From an uncultured Oscillospiraceae bacterium (GTDB lineage: Bacteria > Bacillota > Clostridia > Oscillospirales > Oscillospiraceae), in the NCBI GenBank assembly GCA_944385405.1, contig CALWXB010000009.1, forward strand, positions 2,096-66,095: DNA of 64,000 nucleotides, read 5' to 3'. The number at the start of each line of letters is the position of its first letter. Positions within the stretch are counted from its first letter, which is position 1. Positions 38,025 through 46,768 of this stretch are shown here, piece by piece. The notes under the pieces are model-generated. The model was not told the DNA's origin. It made no database searches and saw only the letters and a list, made by a program, of their open reading frames with translations. The position numbers and the translations under genes are program-made.

Positions 38025-39086
38025 TCAATCGCAGATCGTCCCGCCGCCCACTACTTTTTCGCCGTCGTACAGCACCACCGCCTGGCCGGCGGTGACGGCC
38101 CGCTGGGGCTCCTCAAACACCACCCGGATGCGTCCGTCCGGCAGGGGTTCCACCGTGGCGGCGGCTTCCCGCTGGCTGTATCGGGTCTTGGCGGTGACCG
38201 CCATGGGACCGGTGAGCTGGGGAACGGAGATGAGATTCACCGCTTCTGCGATGAGCTCCCGGGTATAGAGGGCGCTGTCCGGCCCCAGGACGATGCGGCG
38301 GGTGTCCAGCTCCTTGCGCACCACATATACCGGTTCGCCGGCGCTGACGCCCAGGCCCTTGCGCTGTCCGGTGGTGTAGCACTCCAGCCCCCGGTGGCGG
38401 CCCAGCACCCGGCCGGTGAGATCCACAAAATCACCGGGCACCGGTTCCACCCCGCCGTAGCGGCGGAGGAAGGCGGGATAGTCTCCGTCGGGGATGAAGC
38501 AGATGTCCTGGCTGTCGGCTTTGCCGGCGTTGGACAAACCCGCCTCCTCCGCCAGCCGCCGCAGCTCCGGCTTTTCATAGGTCCCCACCGGCAGCAGCAG
38601 ATGGCCCAGCTGGCCCTGGGTCAGCTGGTAGAGCACATAGCTCTGATCCTTCCGGGGGTCCCGTCCCCGCAGCAGCAGATGGCGGCCGGCGGCCTCGTCG
38701 TATCCGATCCGGGCATAGTGGCCGGTGGCGAGAAAATCCGCGCCGTGGTCCAGGGCCCAGTCCAGCAGGGCACCGAATTTGATGGTGCGGTTGCAGTCGA
38801 TGCAGGGGTTGGGGGTCCGGCCCCGGACATATTCCGACACGAAGCGGTCCATCACCTCCCGGGCAAAGAGGTCCTGAAGGTCCAGCACCGTATGCGGGAT
38901 GCCCATGGCGGCGGCCGCCTCCCGGGCGGCGTCGATGTCCTCGGAGGAGCCGCACAGGCCTGGCCGGTCCTTGCAGGCATGAAGGCGCAGGGTGACGCCG
39001 GAGACGGCATAGCCCGCCTGACGCAGCAAAAGCGCCGCGCCGGCACTGTCCACACCGCCGCTCATGGCTACGCACACGGCAGTCAC
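38025..39086 (-). CDS. mnmA: tRNA 2-thiouridylase
   Basis: AMSGGVDS, TPNPCIDCN, ATGHYAR, KDQSYVL, DSQDICF, YTTGQRKGL, AVTAGQ. Confidence 0.96.
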   Translation of the reverse strand: MTAVCVAMSGGVDSAGAALLLRQAGYAVSGVTLRLHACKDRPGLCGSSEDIDAAREAAAAMGIPHTVLDLQDLFAREVMDRFVSEYVRGRTPNPCIDCNRTIKFGALLDWALDHGADFLATGHYARIGYDEAAGRHLLLRGRDPRKDQSYVLYQLTQGQLGHLLLPVGTYEKPELRRLAEEAGLSNAGKADSQDICFIPDGDYPAFLRRYGGVEPVPGDFVDLTGRVLGRHRGLECYTTGQRKGLGVSAGEPVYVVRKELDTRRIVLGPDSALYTRELIAEAVNLISVPQLTGPMAVTAKTRYSQREAAATVEPLPDGRIRVVFEEPQRAVTAGQAVVLYDGEKVVGGGTICD

Positions 39087-39163
39087 AGGCATCCTCCTTT
39101 CACGTCTTTGTGCCAGATTACACCCCGGGGCGGGGCGAAAAAGCGGGAATTTTGTCGAGACGG

Positions 39164-39973
39164 TCAGTCCTGGCTCCGGACCAGAAAGGCCCGGGACGGC
39201 AGCGCGTCCGCCAGCGCCAGCAGCGTCCGGTTGAAGCCGCCGGCATAGTCGAAGGCCACGTCCTGTACCGCCGTTCCCACCTGCCGGTCCGGCAGGGAGA
39301 GGGTAAAGCGGCTGCCCTTGCCGGGGTGGGACTCGGCCATGAGGGTACCGCCGTGGCCCTGGGCGATGCGGCGGCACAGCGGCAGGCCCAGGCCCAGCCC
39401 ATGGGGCAGGGGATCTTGTTCCAGGGGATTGAGATAGCGGTCAAAAAGCGTGGGCAGACGCTCCGGCGGGATGCCGCAGCCGGTATCCGTCACCGACAGC
39501 AGCAGGCGCCCCTGGCTCCGCCGCAGCTCCACAGTGACGGTGCCGCCGGCGGGGGTGAATTTCAGCGCGTTGGAGAGCAGGTGATACACCAGCTGCTCCA
39601 GGGCGTCGGGATGCAGTGCGCAGATATGGCGCTCCATGGCGCATACGAACCGCACCTCCAGTCCCAGCAGCGGGGCCAGACCGGCGGTGCGGGCGCAGAT
39701 ATCGCCCACCAGGGCCACGATGTCCCGGTCCTGAAGGGGCAGGGGATCGTCATTTTGCAGATACGCCGCGGCCGAAAGACTGTTCACCAGCCGCAGCAGC
39801 TGATAATAGCTTTGGTCCAGAATGGCGGCCCGGGCATCCAACTGGGGATCCTTCTCGCGGGCGTCGGCGGGGGCCAACTGCGCGGCGGCCAGGTGCAGGT
39901 TGCTCAGTGCGATGCGCAGCTGTGCGGCCACACTGGGAAACGGTGCGGCGAGATTGTGGTTCTCCGGCTCCAT
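39164..39973 (-). CDS. Orphan histidine-kinase-like ATPase lacking the H-box His
   Basis: N box LLSNALKFT, G1 DTGCGI, G2 GLGLGL; the H-box region reads SVAAQLRIALSNL. Confidence 0.85.
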   Translation of the reverse strand: MEPENHNLAAPFPSVAAQLRIALSNLHLAAAQLAPADAREKDPQLDARAAILDQSYYQLLRLVNSLSAAAYLQNDDPLPLQDRDIVALVGDICARTAGLAPLLGLEVRFVCAMERHICALHPDALEQLVYHLLSNALKFTPAGGTVTVELRRSQGRLLLSVTDTGCGIPPERLPTLFDRYLNPLEQDPLPHGLGLGLPLCRRIAQGHGGTLMAESHPGKGSRFTLSLPDRQVGTAVQDVAFDYAGGFNRTLLALADALPSRAFLVRSQD

Positions 39974-40161
39974 GTGCCCCTCCTTTCCGGCGCGAAACGC
40001 GCCGGGAATAGCATTTGCAGCAGGCACGGCGAAAACCGTGGGAATGACTGGCTGCAGCACCAACAGCATAGCAAACTCCCCGGGAGAAAACAAGAAAATT
40101 GTTGAAATTTGTCGAATTTTGTCGAATGCATCCGGCGCGGCATGTCAAAATGGGAAAACTG

Positions 40162-40213
40162 TGCGCAACGTTGCGCAATCTTTATTTACATCAATGGAAA
40201 CAAGTGGTACAAT
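40162..40213 (+). promoter_or_regulatory. LacI/CcpA-type palindrome and sigma-A promoter of gap
   Basis: Perfect palindrome TGCGCAACGTTGCGCA (40162-40177); TTTACA-17-TACAAT (40185-40213). Confidence 0.75.
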
Positions 40214-40273
40214 AAAGAAAACCTGCGGAAAAACATGCAGGTAAATTTATGGAACAGGAAAGGGAACACGAGC

Positions 40274-41302
40274 ATGGCGATTAAAGTGGGCATCAACGGC
40301 TTCGGCCGTATCGGCAGAGTGGCGCTGCGCAGCATGGTGGAGCGGGGGAGCAGCAGCTATCAGATCTGCGGCATCAACCTGCGCAACGCGGATCTGGACT
40401 ACATGGTCTACCAGGTGAAGTACGACTCTGTGTTCCGTACCTTCCGGGGCATGGTGGAGCATGACGAGCGCCACCTCATCATCAACGGCAAGAAGATCCG
40501 GGTGTACAGCGAGAGCGATGCCTCCCTGATCCCCTGGGACGACTGTGAGGCCGAGTACATCATCGAATCCACCGGCGCCTACAACTCCACGGAAAAGGCC
40601 TCCGTCCACCTGCAAAACGGCGCCAAGAAGGTCATCCTCTCTGCGCCTGCCAAGGATGACTGCACGCCCACCTTCGTCATGGGCGTCAACCATAAGACCT
40701 ACACACCGGATATGAACGTGGTGTCCAACGCCTCCTGCACCACCAACTGCCTGGCCCCCATGACCAAGGTCATCAACGACACCTTCGGCATCCGTCAGGC
40801 CCTGATGTCCACCATCCACTCCGCCACCGCCAAGCAGAAGGCGGTGGACTCCCGGGCGGGCCGGGACTGGCGCACCGGCCGCAGCGTCCTGGGCAACATC
40901 ATCCCCTCCTCCACCGGCGCGGCCAAGGCCGTGGGTCAGGTGATCCCGGAGCTGAAGGGCCGCATGACCGGCATGAGCTTCCGGGTGCCCACCAACGACG
41001 TCTCCGTGGTGGACCTCACCGCCCGGCTGATCCATCCCGCCAGCTACCACGATGTATGCGTGGCCATGCAGAACGCCGCCCGCAACAGCATGAAGGGCAT
41101 CATCACCTGTACCAGCGACCAGGTGGTCTCCTCGGACCTGACGGGCTTTACCGAGACTTGCATCTTCGACGAGACCGCGGGCATCATGCTGGATGACGAC
41201 TTCGTCAAGCTCATCGCCTGGTACGACAACGAGTGGGGCTACACCAACAAGCTCCTGGATCTCATGACCCATATGTATGAGGTGGACCACGCCGACTGCT
41301 GA
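40274..41302 (+). CDS. gap: Type I glyceraldehyde-3-phosphate dehydrogenase, divergent
   Basis: GINGFGRIGR, SNASCTTNCL, NIIPSSTGAAKAV, WYDNEWGY. Confidence 0.93.
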   Translation: MAIKVGINGFGRIGRVALRSMVERGSSSYQICGINLRNADLDYMVYQVKYDSVFRTFRGMVEHDERHLIINGKKIRVYSESDASLIPWDDCEAEYIIESTGAYNSTEKASVHLQNGAKKVILSAPAKDDCTPTFVMGVNHKTYTPDMNVVSNASCTTNCLAPMTKVINDTFGIRQALMSTIHSATAKQKAVDSRAGRDWRTGRSVLGNIIPSSTGAAKAVGQVIPELKGRMTGMSFRVPTNDVSVVDLTARLIHPASYHDVCVAMQNAARNSMKGIITCTSDQVVSSDLTGFTETCIFDETAGIMLDDDFVKLIAWYDNEWGYTNKLLDLMTHMYEVDHADC

Positions 41303-41318
41303 CCGTTCGCCCCCGCAG

Positions 41319-41357
41319 AAACGCCCCCGGCGCCGCATTGCGGCGCCGGGGGCGTTT
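41319..41357 (+). terminator. Intrinsic terminator after gap
   Basis: aaacgcccccggcgccgca-t-tgcggcgccgggggcgttt. Confidence 0.75.
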
Positions 41358-41476
41358 CACGTGCATTTTACAAAACTTTTCCCATACCGTGGTGTTCCGG
41401 GAGGGGGCGGAGGCGGTATACTGAGCGCGGCTTCCAACGAGGCGTCATCATGATCGAGAAAAGAGGAATGAATGGA

Positions 41477-43054
41477 ATGAATTGGAAAACGAGACTGACG
41501 GCGGGCCTGCTGGCGGGCATTACCGCGCTGAGCCTGGCCGGTTGTGCCTCCGCTCCCGCAGCTCCCGCGGCGGAGGCGGAAAAGACTGCCGCGGTGATGC
41601 AGGACAGCGCCGTCTATGCGGCGGGCAAGACCCCCAAGTATGTGTTCTTGTTCATCGGCGACGGCATGAGCTATCCCCAGTTCCAGGCTGCGGCGGACTA
41701 TCTGGGCGCTGTGGCAGACCCGGACTATGTCAAGGCCGAGCCCAGCATCTCCCGGGAGGACCGGGAAGGCGCCGTGCTGAACGGTCCCAAGGCGCTGAAC
41801 TTCATGGAGTTTGACATGGCCGGCTCCGCCGTGACCTACGATTCCTGCAGCTTCGCCCCGGATTCCGCGTCCACCGCCACCTCCATCGCCACCGGACACA
41901 AGACCTACTCCGGCATGATCAATGTGGATGAGACGGGCACCAAGGAATATGAGACCATCGCCGAGCAGCTCCATGAACAGAAGGGCTGGAAGATCGGCGT
42001 GATCTCCTCCGTGAACCTGAACCATGCCACTCCCGCTGCCTTCTATGCCCACCAGGCCAGCCGGAACAACTACTACGAGATCGGCACCGAGCTGGTGGAG
42101 TCCGGCTTCGAGTACTTTGCCGGCGGCGCGCTCCTCAAGCCCAACGGCGCGGACGGCAACCAGACCAGCCTCTATGAGCTGGCGGAGCAGGCCGGCTATC
42201 TGGTGACCGACACCCAGGCCGAGGCGGAGCAGGTCACCGCCCAGGACGGTAAGGTGATCCTCATCGACGAGCACCTGGCGGACTCCGACTCCATGGACTA
42301 TGAGCTGGACCGTCCCGACAGCCAGTGGGCCCTGGCGGACTATGTGGAAAAGGGCATTGAGGTCCTGGACAACAGCAAGGGCTTCTTCATGATGTGCGAG
42401 GGCGGCAAGATCGACTGGGCCTGCCATGCCAATGATGCCGGTTCCACCGTGGCGGACACCGTGGCCCTGGCGGATGCCGTCCAGGTGGCGGTGGACTTCG
42501 CCAAGAAGCACCCCAATGACACGCTGATCCTGGTCACCGGCGACCACGAGACCGGCGGCCTCTCCATCGGCTTTGCCGGCACCGACTACGATACTTACCT
42601 CACCAACCTCACCAGCCAGAAGATCTCCTACGCCAAGTTCGACGAGGAGTACGTGGCCGCCTACAAGGCCAACAAGACTCCCTTCGAGACGGCCATGAAG
42701 GACGTGGAGGAGCTGTTCGGCCTGAATCTCCCCACCGGCGGCGCCGGAAACCGGCTGACGCTGACCAGCTATGAGATCCAGCGGCTGAAGGATGCCTATC
42801 AGCTGGCCATGACGGACTACGACTCCGACGATTACACCCAGGAGCAGTACGTGCTCTACGGCACCTACAACCCCTTCTCCGTCACCATCACCCACATCCT
42901 CAACAACAAGTCCGGTGTGGACTTCACCAGCTACTCCCACACGGGCCTTCCCGTGGCGGTGTTTGCCGACGGCGTGGGCGCCGATGCCTTCGGCGGCTAC
43001 TACGACAACACCCAGATCTATGACAAGCTGGCGACCATGCTGAAAGTCAAGTAA
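41477..43054 (+). CDS. Alkaline phosphatase lipoprotein
   Basis: Lipobox LAGC; FIGDGM, PDSAST (catalytic Ser), HATPA, EGGKIDWACH, TGDHETGG, SHTG. Confidence 0.93.
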   Translation: MNWKTRLTAGLLAGITALSLAGCASAPAAPAAEAEKTAAVMQDSAVYAAGKTPKYVFLFIGDGMSYPQFQAAADYLGAVADPDYVKAEPSISREDREGAVLNGPKALNFMEFDMAGSAVTYDSCSFAPDSASTATSIATGHKTYSGMINVDETGTKEYETIAEQLHEQKGWKIGVISSVNLNHATPAAFYAHQASRNNYYEIGTELVESGFEYFAGGALLKPNGADGNQTSLYELAEQAGYLVTDTQAEAEQVTAQDGKVILIDEHLADSDSMDYELDRPDSQWALADYVEKGIEVLDNSKGFFMMCEGGKIDWACHANDAGSTVADTVALADAVQVAVDFAKKHPNDTLILVTGDHETGGLSIGFAGTDYDTYLTNLTSQKISYAKFDEEYVAAYKANKTPFETAMKDVEELFGLNLPTGGAGNRLTLTSYEIQRLKDAYQLAMTDYDSDDYTQEQYVLYGTYNPFSVTITHILNNKSGVDFTSYSHTGLPVAVFADGVGADAFGGYYDNTQIYDKLATMLKVK

Positions 43055-43127
43055 ATCTCCATGTGACAGGAAGCAGCGAGGGGGCGGTCCGCCGCCCCCT
43101 CGCCGCTGTTTGGAAAGGAAGAAAGCC

Positions 43128-44264
43128 ATGTTTTCGGAACAAAGACGCCGGGCCTGGGGGCCGGTGCTGGCGGCGGCGGTGCTGCTGGCGATCCTGCTGG
43201 CGCTGCCCACCGGCTACGAGGGGGCGCTGGCGTATCAGAATGCGGACCGGGTACGGGCGGAGGTGCTGGCCACCGACGAGAGCAGCATCGTGGACACGGG
43301 CCTGATCCGCACCGGCGAGCAGCGGTGCACGGTGCGCCTGCTGGGAGGACTGTTTGAGGGCCGGGAGGTCACCGCTGTCAACCGGCTCACCGGCTCCCTG
43401 GCCCAGGACAAGCTCTTCGCCCCGGGGGACGTCGCCTTTGTGGTGGTGAGCCACAGCGGAGAGGAGATCTCCACCGTCACCATGACGGACCACTACCGCC
43501 TGGACATGGAGGCGCTGCTGGCGGGGCTGTTCCTGGCGCTGCTGGTGCTGTTCGCCGGAGCTACCGGCGTTCGGGCCATCTTGTCCTTCGCCGTGACGGT
43601 GCTGATGATGTGGAAGGTGCTGGTGCCCTGTCTGCTGCGGGGATGGAACCCGGTGCTGGTGGCCATGGCGCTGGTGCTGGTGCTCACCGGGGTGATCCTC
43701 AGTCTGATCTACGGCTTTGACCGCCGGTGCCTGGCCGCCGTGTCCGGCGCGGCGCTGGCCATCGCGGTGACGGCGGTGCTGGGGGTGCTGTTTACAGATC
43801 TCCTGCGGATCCACGGGGCGGTGATGGAGTCCAGCGAGAGCCTGCTCTACGCCGGATACCAGACCCTGGATCTCACCCGCATCTTCATGGCCTCCATCTT
43901 CCTGGGGTCTTCCGGGGCGGTGATGGACCTCTCGGTGGACATCTGCTCGGCGGTATACGAGGTGGTGCAGAAGCGCCCGGACATCTCCGCCCGGGAGGCC
44001 ATTGCTTCCGGCATGGCGGTGGGCCGGGCGGCCTGCGGGTCTACCACCACCACGCTGCTGCTGGCCTACTCCGGCAGCTACATCGCGCTGCTGATGGTGT
44101 TCATGGCACAGGGCACGCCGGTGGAATTCCTGCTGAACTACAAATATGTGGCGGCGGAGATCGTCCACACCATCGTGGGCTCCTTCGGATTGGTGACGGT
44201 GGCTCCCCTCACCGCCCTCACCAGCGGCCTGCTGCTCACCGCCCGGCGCGGTGCGGCGGCATAA
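43128..44264 (+). CDS. YibE/F-family membrane protein
   Basis: GAVMDLSVDI.SA, GR...GSTTTTLLLAYSG, EIV.TIVGSFGLV. Confidence 0.88.
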   Translation: MFSEQRRRAWGPVLAAAVLLAILLALPTGYEGALAYQNADRVRAEVLATDESSIVDTGLIRTGEQRCTVRLLGGLFEGREVTAVNRLTGSLAQDKLFAPGDVAFVVVSHSGEEISTVTMTDHYRLDMEALLAGLFLALLVLFAGATGVRAILSFAVTVLMMWKVLVPCLLRGWNPVLVAMALVLVLTGVILSLIYGFDRRCLAAVSGAALAIAVTAVLGVLFTDLLRIHGAVMESSESLLYAGYQTLDLTRIFMASIFLGSSGAVMDLSVDICSAVYEVVQKRPDISAREAIASGMAVGRAACGSTTTTLLLAYSGSYIALLMVFMAQGTPVEFLLNYKYVAAEIVHTIVGSFGLVTVAPLTALTSGLLLTARRGAAA

Positions 44265-44296
44265 AAAAACGCCCGGACGGCTGTCCGGGCGTTTTT
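44263..44296. terminator. Bidirectional terminator
   Basis: aaaaaacgcccggac...gtccgggcgttttt. Confidence 0.8.
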
Positions 44297-44883
44297 CATG
44301 TCTCCTGGGACTTTTCCGCGGTCTTCTTCCTGCGGATGCTCCGGCGGGGCCGGGGAGCAGGTTTTTCCTCCGGCGCGGCAGCGGGCTCCGGCGCCTGAAA
44401 AATGGCCTTGAGGCGGTTATAGAGGGCGCAGCCCTGGGCGGAGCCGTATTCCTTCACCAGGGCGTTGCACAGGGACTGACGGTCCGTGGCCTGGAGGATG
44501 AAGGGCAGGTGGAAGCAGGATTCAATGGAGGGGCGCAGGGCCACCTCCTGAAAGGCGTTGGCATACCGGGCCCGGAGCGCGTCGATGGAGGCGGCGTAGC
44601 CCTTGTCCTGGCTGATGACGTAGGCGAAGTCCGCCTCCCGCCGGCCCACCAGCACCCCCAGCTCCGTGATGATCTGGAAGTCGATGGAATTCTTGCCGCC
44701 CCGGATGCTCTCCACATACTGCACGTCCGCCCGGGTGCCCGCGCACAGCTTCTGGATCCGTGACAGGGCCAGCCCTGTTTTCTGATAGAAGATCAGCACG
44801 CTGTCCTGCTCGGAGAGCAGGTCGATGCCCTTGAGGCCGGTGCCGATGTTATTGTCTCCGTCTACTAAAAAAATCATTTTCAT
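44296..44883 (-). CDS. PIN/NYN-like domain protein
   Basis: FLVDGDN, GKNSIDFQI, ISQDKGY acidic motifs. Confidence 0.8.
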   Translation of the reverse strand: MKMIFLVDGDNNIGTGLKGIDLLSEQDSVLIFYQKTGLALSRIQKLCAGTRADVQYVESIRGGKNSIDFQIITELGVLVGRREADFAYVISQDKGYAASIDALRARYANAFQEVALRPSIESCFHLPFILQATDRQSLCNALVKEYGSAQGCALYNRLKAIFQAPEPAAAPEEKPAPRPRRSIRRKKTAEKSQET

Positions 44884-45008
44884 GAGTCGATCCCTTTTTG
44901 TTTCAATTTCCCCGCAAAGCGGAGCATATTAAAAATAGTATACCAAATCCCGGAAGAAAATACAAGGGCGCAAAAAAACCGGGGGACCGCAGTCCCCCGG
45001 TGAAAGGC

Positions 45009-45557
45009 TCATTCCTCCTCGTCGGTGACGATGAGGCCGTAGCCGCCGGCCTTGCGCTGATAGACGATAGAGAGGCTGTCGTCATCACTGTTGCGGAAGA
45101 CGAAGAAGTCGTGGTCCAGCAGGTTCATCTGCAGGATGGCCTCCTCGGGGCTCATGGGCTTGATGGCGAAGCGCTTGGTGCGGACGATGTCGAATTCCTT
45201 CTCCTCGGCCACCTCGAAATCGTCGGCGGGAGCGGGAGGCGGGAAGCCCTCCGTGCGGAGGCGCTTGGCGAGGCGGGTCTTGTTCTTGAGGATCTGGCGC
45301 TCGATATAGCCTACCGCGGCGTCGATGGCGCCGCGCATGTCGCCGTCGGGAGCCTCCGTCTGGGCACGCAGCAGCGTGGCGCCGCCCCGGATGGTGATCT
45401 CCACCGTGCACAGGTGGTTCTTCTCCACGGAGAAGGTGACAAATGCGGTGGTGTCAGCCTCCCGGAAATAGCGCTCCAGCTTGGAGATCTTCTTCTCGGC
45501 GTACTCCTTGATGGAATCGTTCAAGGACACTTTCTTGCAGGCGTACGTGTACTTCAT
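45009..45557 (-). CDS. hpf: Ribosome hibernation promoting factor (long HPF/RaiA)
   Basis: EKKISKLERYF, DMRGAIDAAV..IERQI.KNKTRL, KPMSPEEAILQMNLLDHDFFVF. Confidence 0.95.
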   Translation of the reverse strand: MKYTYACKKVSLNDSIKEYAEKKISKLERYFREADTTAFVTFSVEKNHLCTVEITIRGGATLLRAQTEAPDGDMRGAIDAAVGYIERQILKNKTRLAKRLRTEGFPPPAPADDFEVAEEKEFDIVRTKRFAIKPMSPEEAILQMNLLDHDFFVFRNSDDDSLSIVYQRKAGGYGLIVTDEEE

Positions 45558-45759
45558 CGAGATCGCTCCTTTCGTGTGGAAGAGAGGCGGCCCTCTCTTT
45601 TGTTCAGTATAGCACCTTTTCCGTAACTTGCATAGAGGGAAGCTGTCAACTTTCACAAAAACTTCAAAATCCTCTGCTGCGGCGGGATGCGGCACAAGGA
45701 GCGGGGATCCGACAAAACCTCCCGTTTACAAGAGCGGGGGAGGCGTGGTATCATAGGTT

Positions 45760-45827
45760 CCGGGAAGCTTTCCAATATCCCACCCGCTTGGGCCGCGCGG
45801 CGCGCATTGCCGTGCGGCTCCTTTTTT
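45760..45827 (+). ncRNA. Candidate small RNA (about 70 nt)
   Basis: TTTACA-18-TATCAT promoter (45725-45754) and a + strand terminator (45790-45827), with both neighbouring genes on the minus strand. Confidence 0.45.
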
Positions 45828-45828
45828 G

Positions 45829-45864
45829 AAAAAACGGGCCATTCCCAAAAGGGGAATGGCCCGT
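45829..45864 (-). terminator. Terminator after the S1-domain gene
   Basis: aacgggccattccc...gggaatggcccgtt with a T run on the minus strand. Confidence 0.75.
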
Positions 45865-45867
45865 TGG

Positions 45868-46335
45868 TCATCTTCTTCTGCGGCCGCCCCGCTTGCCGTC
45901 GCTGCTGCGGGTCAGGTCGGCCATCTTCCCCTCGGAAGAGGAGAGGAACTGCTTGAGTTTGTCCTCAAAGGACTGATCGCCGGAGGGAGGCAGCGGCTGC
46001 TGCGCCCGGGCGAAGGAACGGGGCTGTGCGGGCCGGGGGGCCGACGCGCCTGCGGGCCGGAAGCCGCCGGGGCGGGGGCCGCGGGACGCGGGGCGCTCCT
46101 GCTGAGGCAGGGCCTTCTTGATGGAAAGATTGATCTTTCCATTTTCGGCGGAGAGCACCAGCACCTTCACCGTCTGGCCCTCCTGCAGAAAATCATGTAC
46201 GTCGTTGACAAAGGTATTGGCAATCTCCGAGATATGTACCAGACCGGAGCGTCCGCCCTCCAGGGCGACGAACGCGCCGAATTTGGTGATGCTGGTCACC
46301 TTGCCTTCCAAAATGCTCCCAACCTGCAGCTCCAT
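45868..46335 (-). CDS. S1 RNA-binding domain protein (YabR-like)
   Basis: GKVTSITKFGAFV, GLVHISEI, KINLSIK, SFEDKLKQFL. Confidence 0.92.
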   Translation of the reverse strand: MELQVGSILEGKVTSITKFGAFVALEGGRSGLVHISEIANTFVNDVHDFLQEGQTVKVLVLSAENGKINLSIKKALPQQERPASRGPRPGGFRPAGASAPRPAQPRSFARAQQPLPPSGDQSFEDKLKQFLSSSEGKMADLTRSSDGKRGGRRRR

Positions 46336-46462
46336 ACAGCTTTTTGTTTCTCCTTCCAATCATTTTCAACGCGCCTTCCCGGGACGCGGGGCCCTGCGAG
46401 AAAAAGACCGGTGCCGGCACCAGCGGGGGAGCATGGCTGCTCCCCTCGTCGCCCGACACCGA

Positions 46463-46768
46463 TCAGTTGCTCACGTCATAGAACACATACTCTCCCGGGG
46501 CTACCAGGCCCAACTCATCCCGGGCGATCTCCTCCATCTTTTCCTGGGTGCCGCCCTGGGCGATGTCTGCCGCCAGAGCGTCGTTCTCCTGCTGCTGCTG
46601 CGCCACCTGTGTGGCCAGACGGTCCCGGTCCTCCCGGGCCTGCGCCACCTGATCCCGCAGACTGTACAGCTGCCAGCCGATGGCGGCCAGCAGCACCAGC
46701 AGCAGCAGCCGTGTCCCCAGGCCGCCGCCGATGCGCTGCCGTTTTGCCGTTTTTGCTTGCTTTGCCAT
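46463..46768 (-). CDS. divIC: Septum formation initiator (DivIC/FtsB family)
   Basis: Basic N-terminus, one TM segment, coiled coil, EEIARDELGLVAPGE; position after yabQ. Confidence 0.85.
   Translation of the reverse strand: MAKQAKTAKRQRIGGGLGTRLLLLVLLAAIGWQLYSLRDQVAQAREDRDRLATQVAQQQQENDALAADIAQGGTQEKMEEIARDELGLVAPGEYVFYDVSN

Noticed and set aside
44296-44883. PIN-domain gene as a toxin-antitoxin or defence system
   Set aside because: No adjacent antitoxin or defence genes; it sits alone among core genes.
45558-45720. raiA-motif RNA upstream of hpf
   Set aside because: The likely hpf -10 (TGcTATACT, about 45614-45606) is only about 50 nt from the start codon, and I could not recognise the motif.
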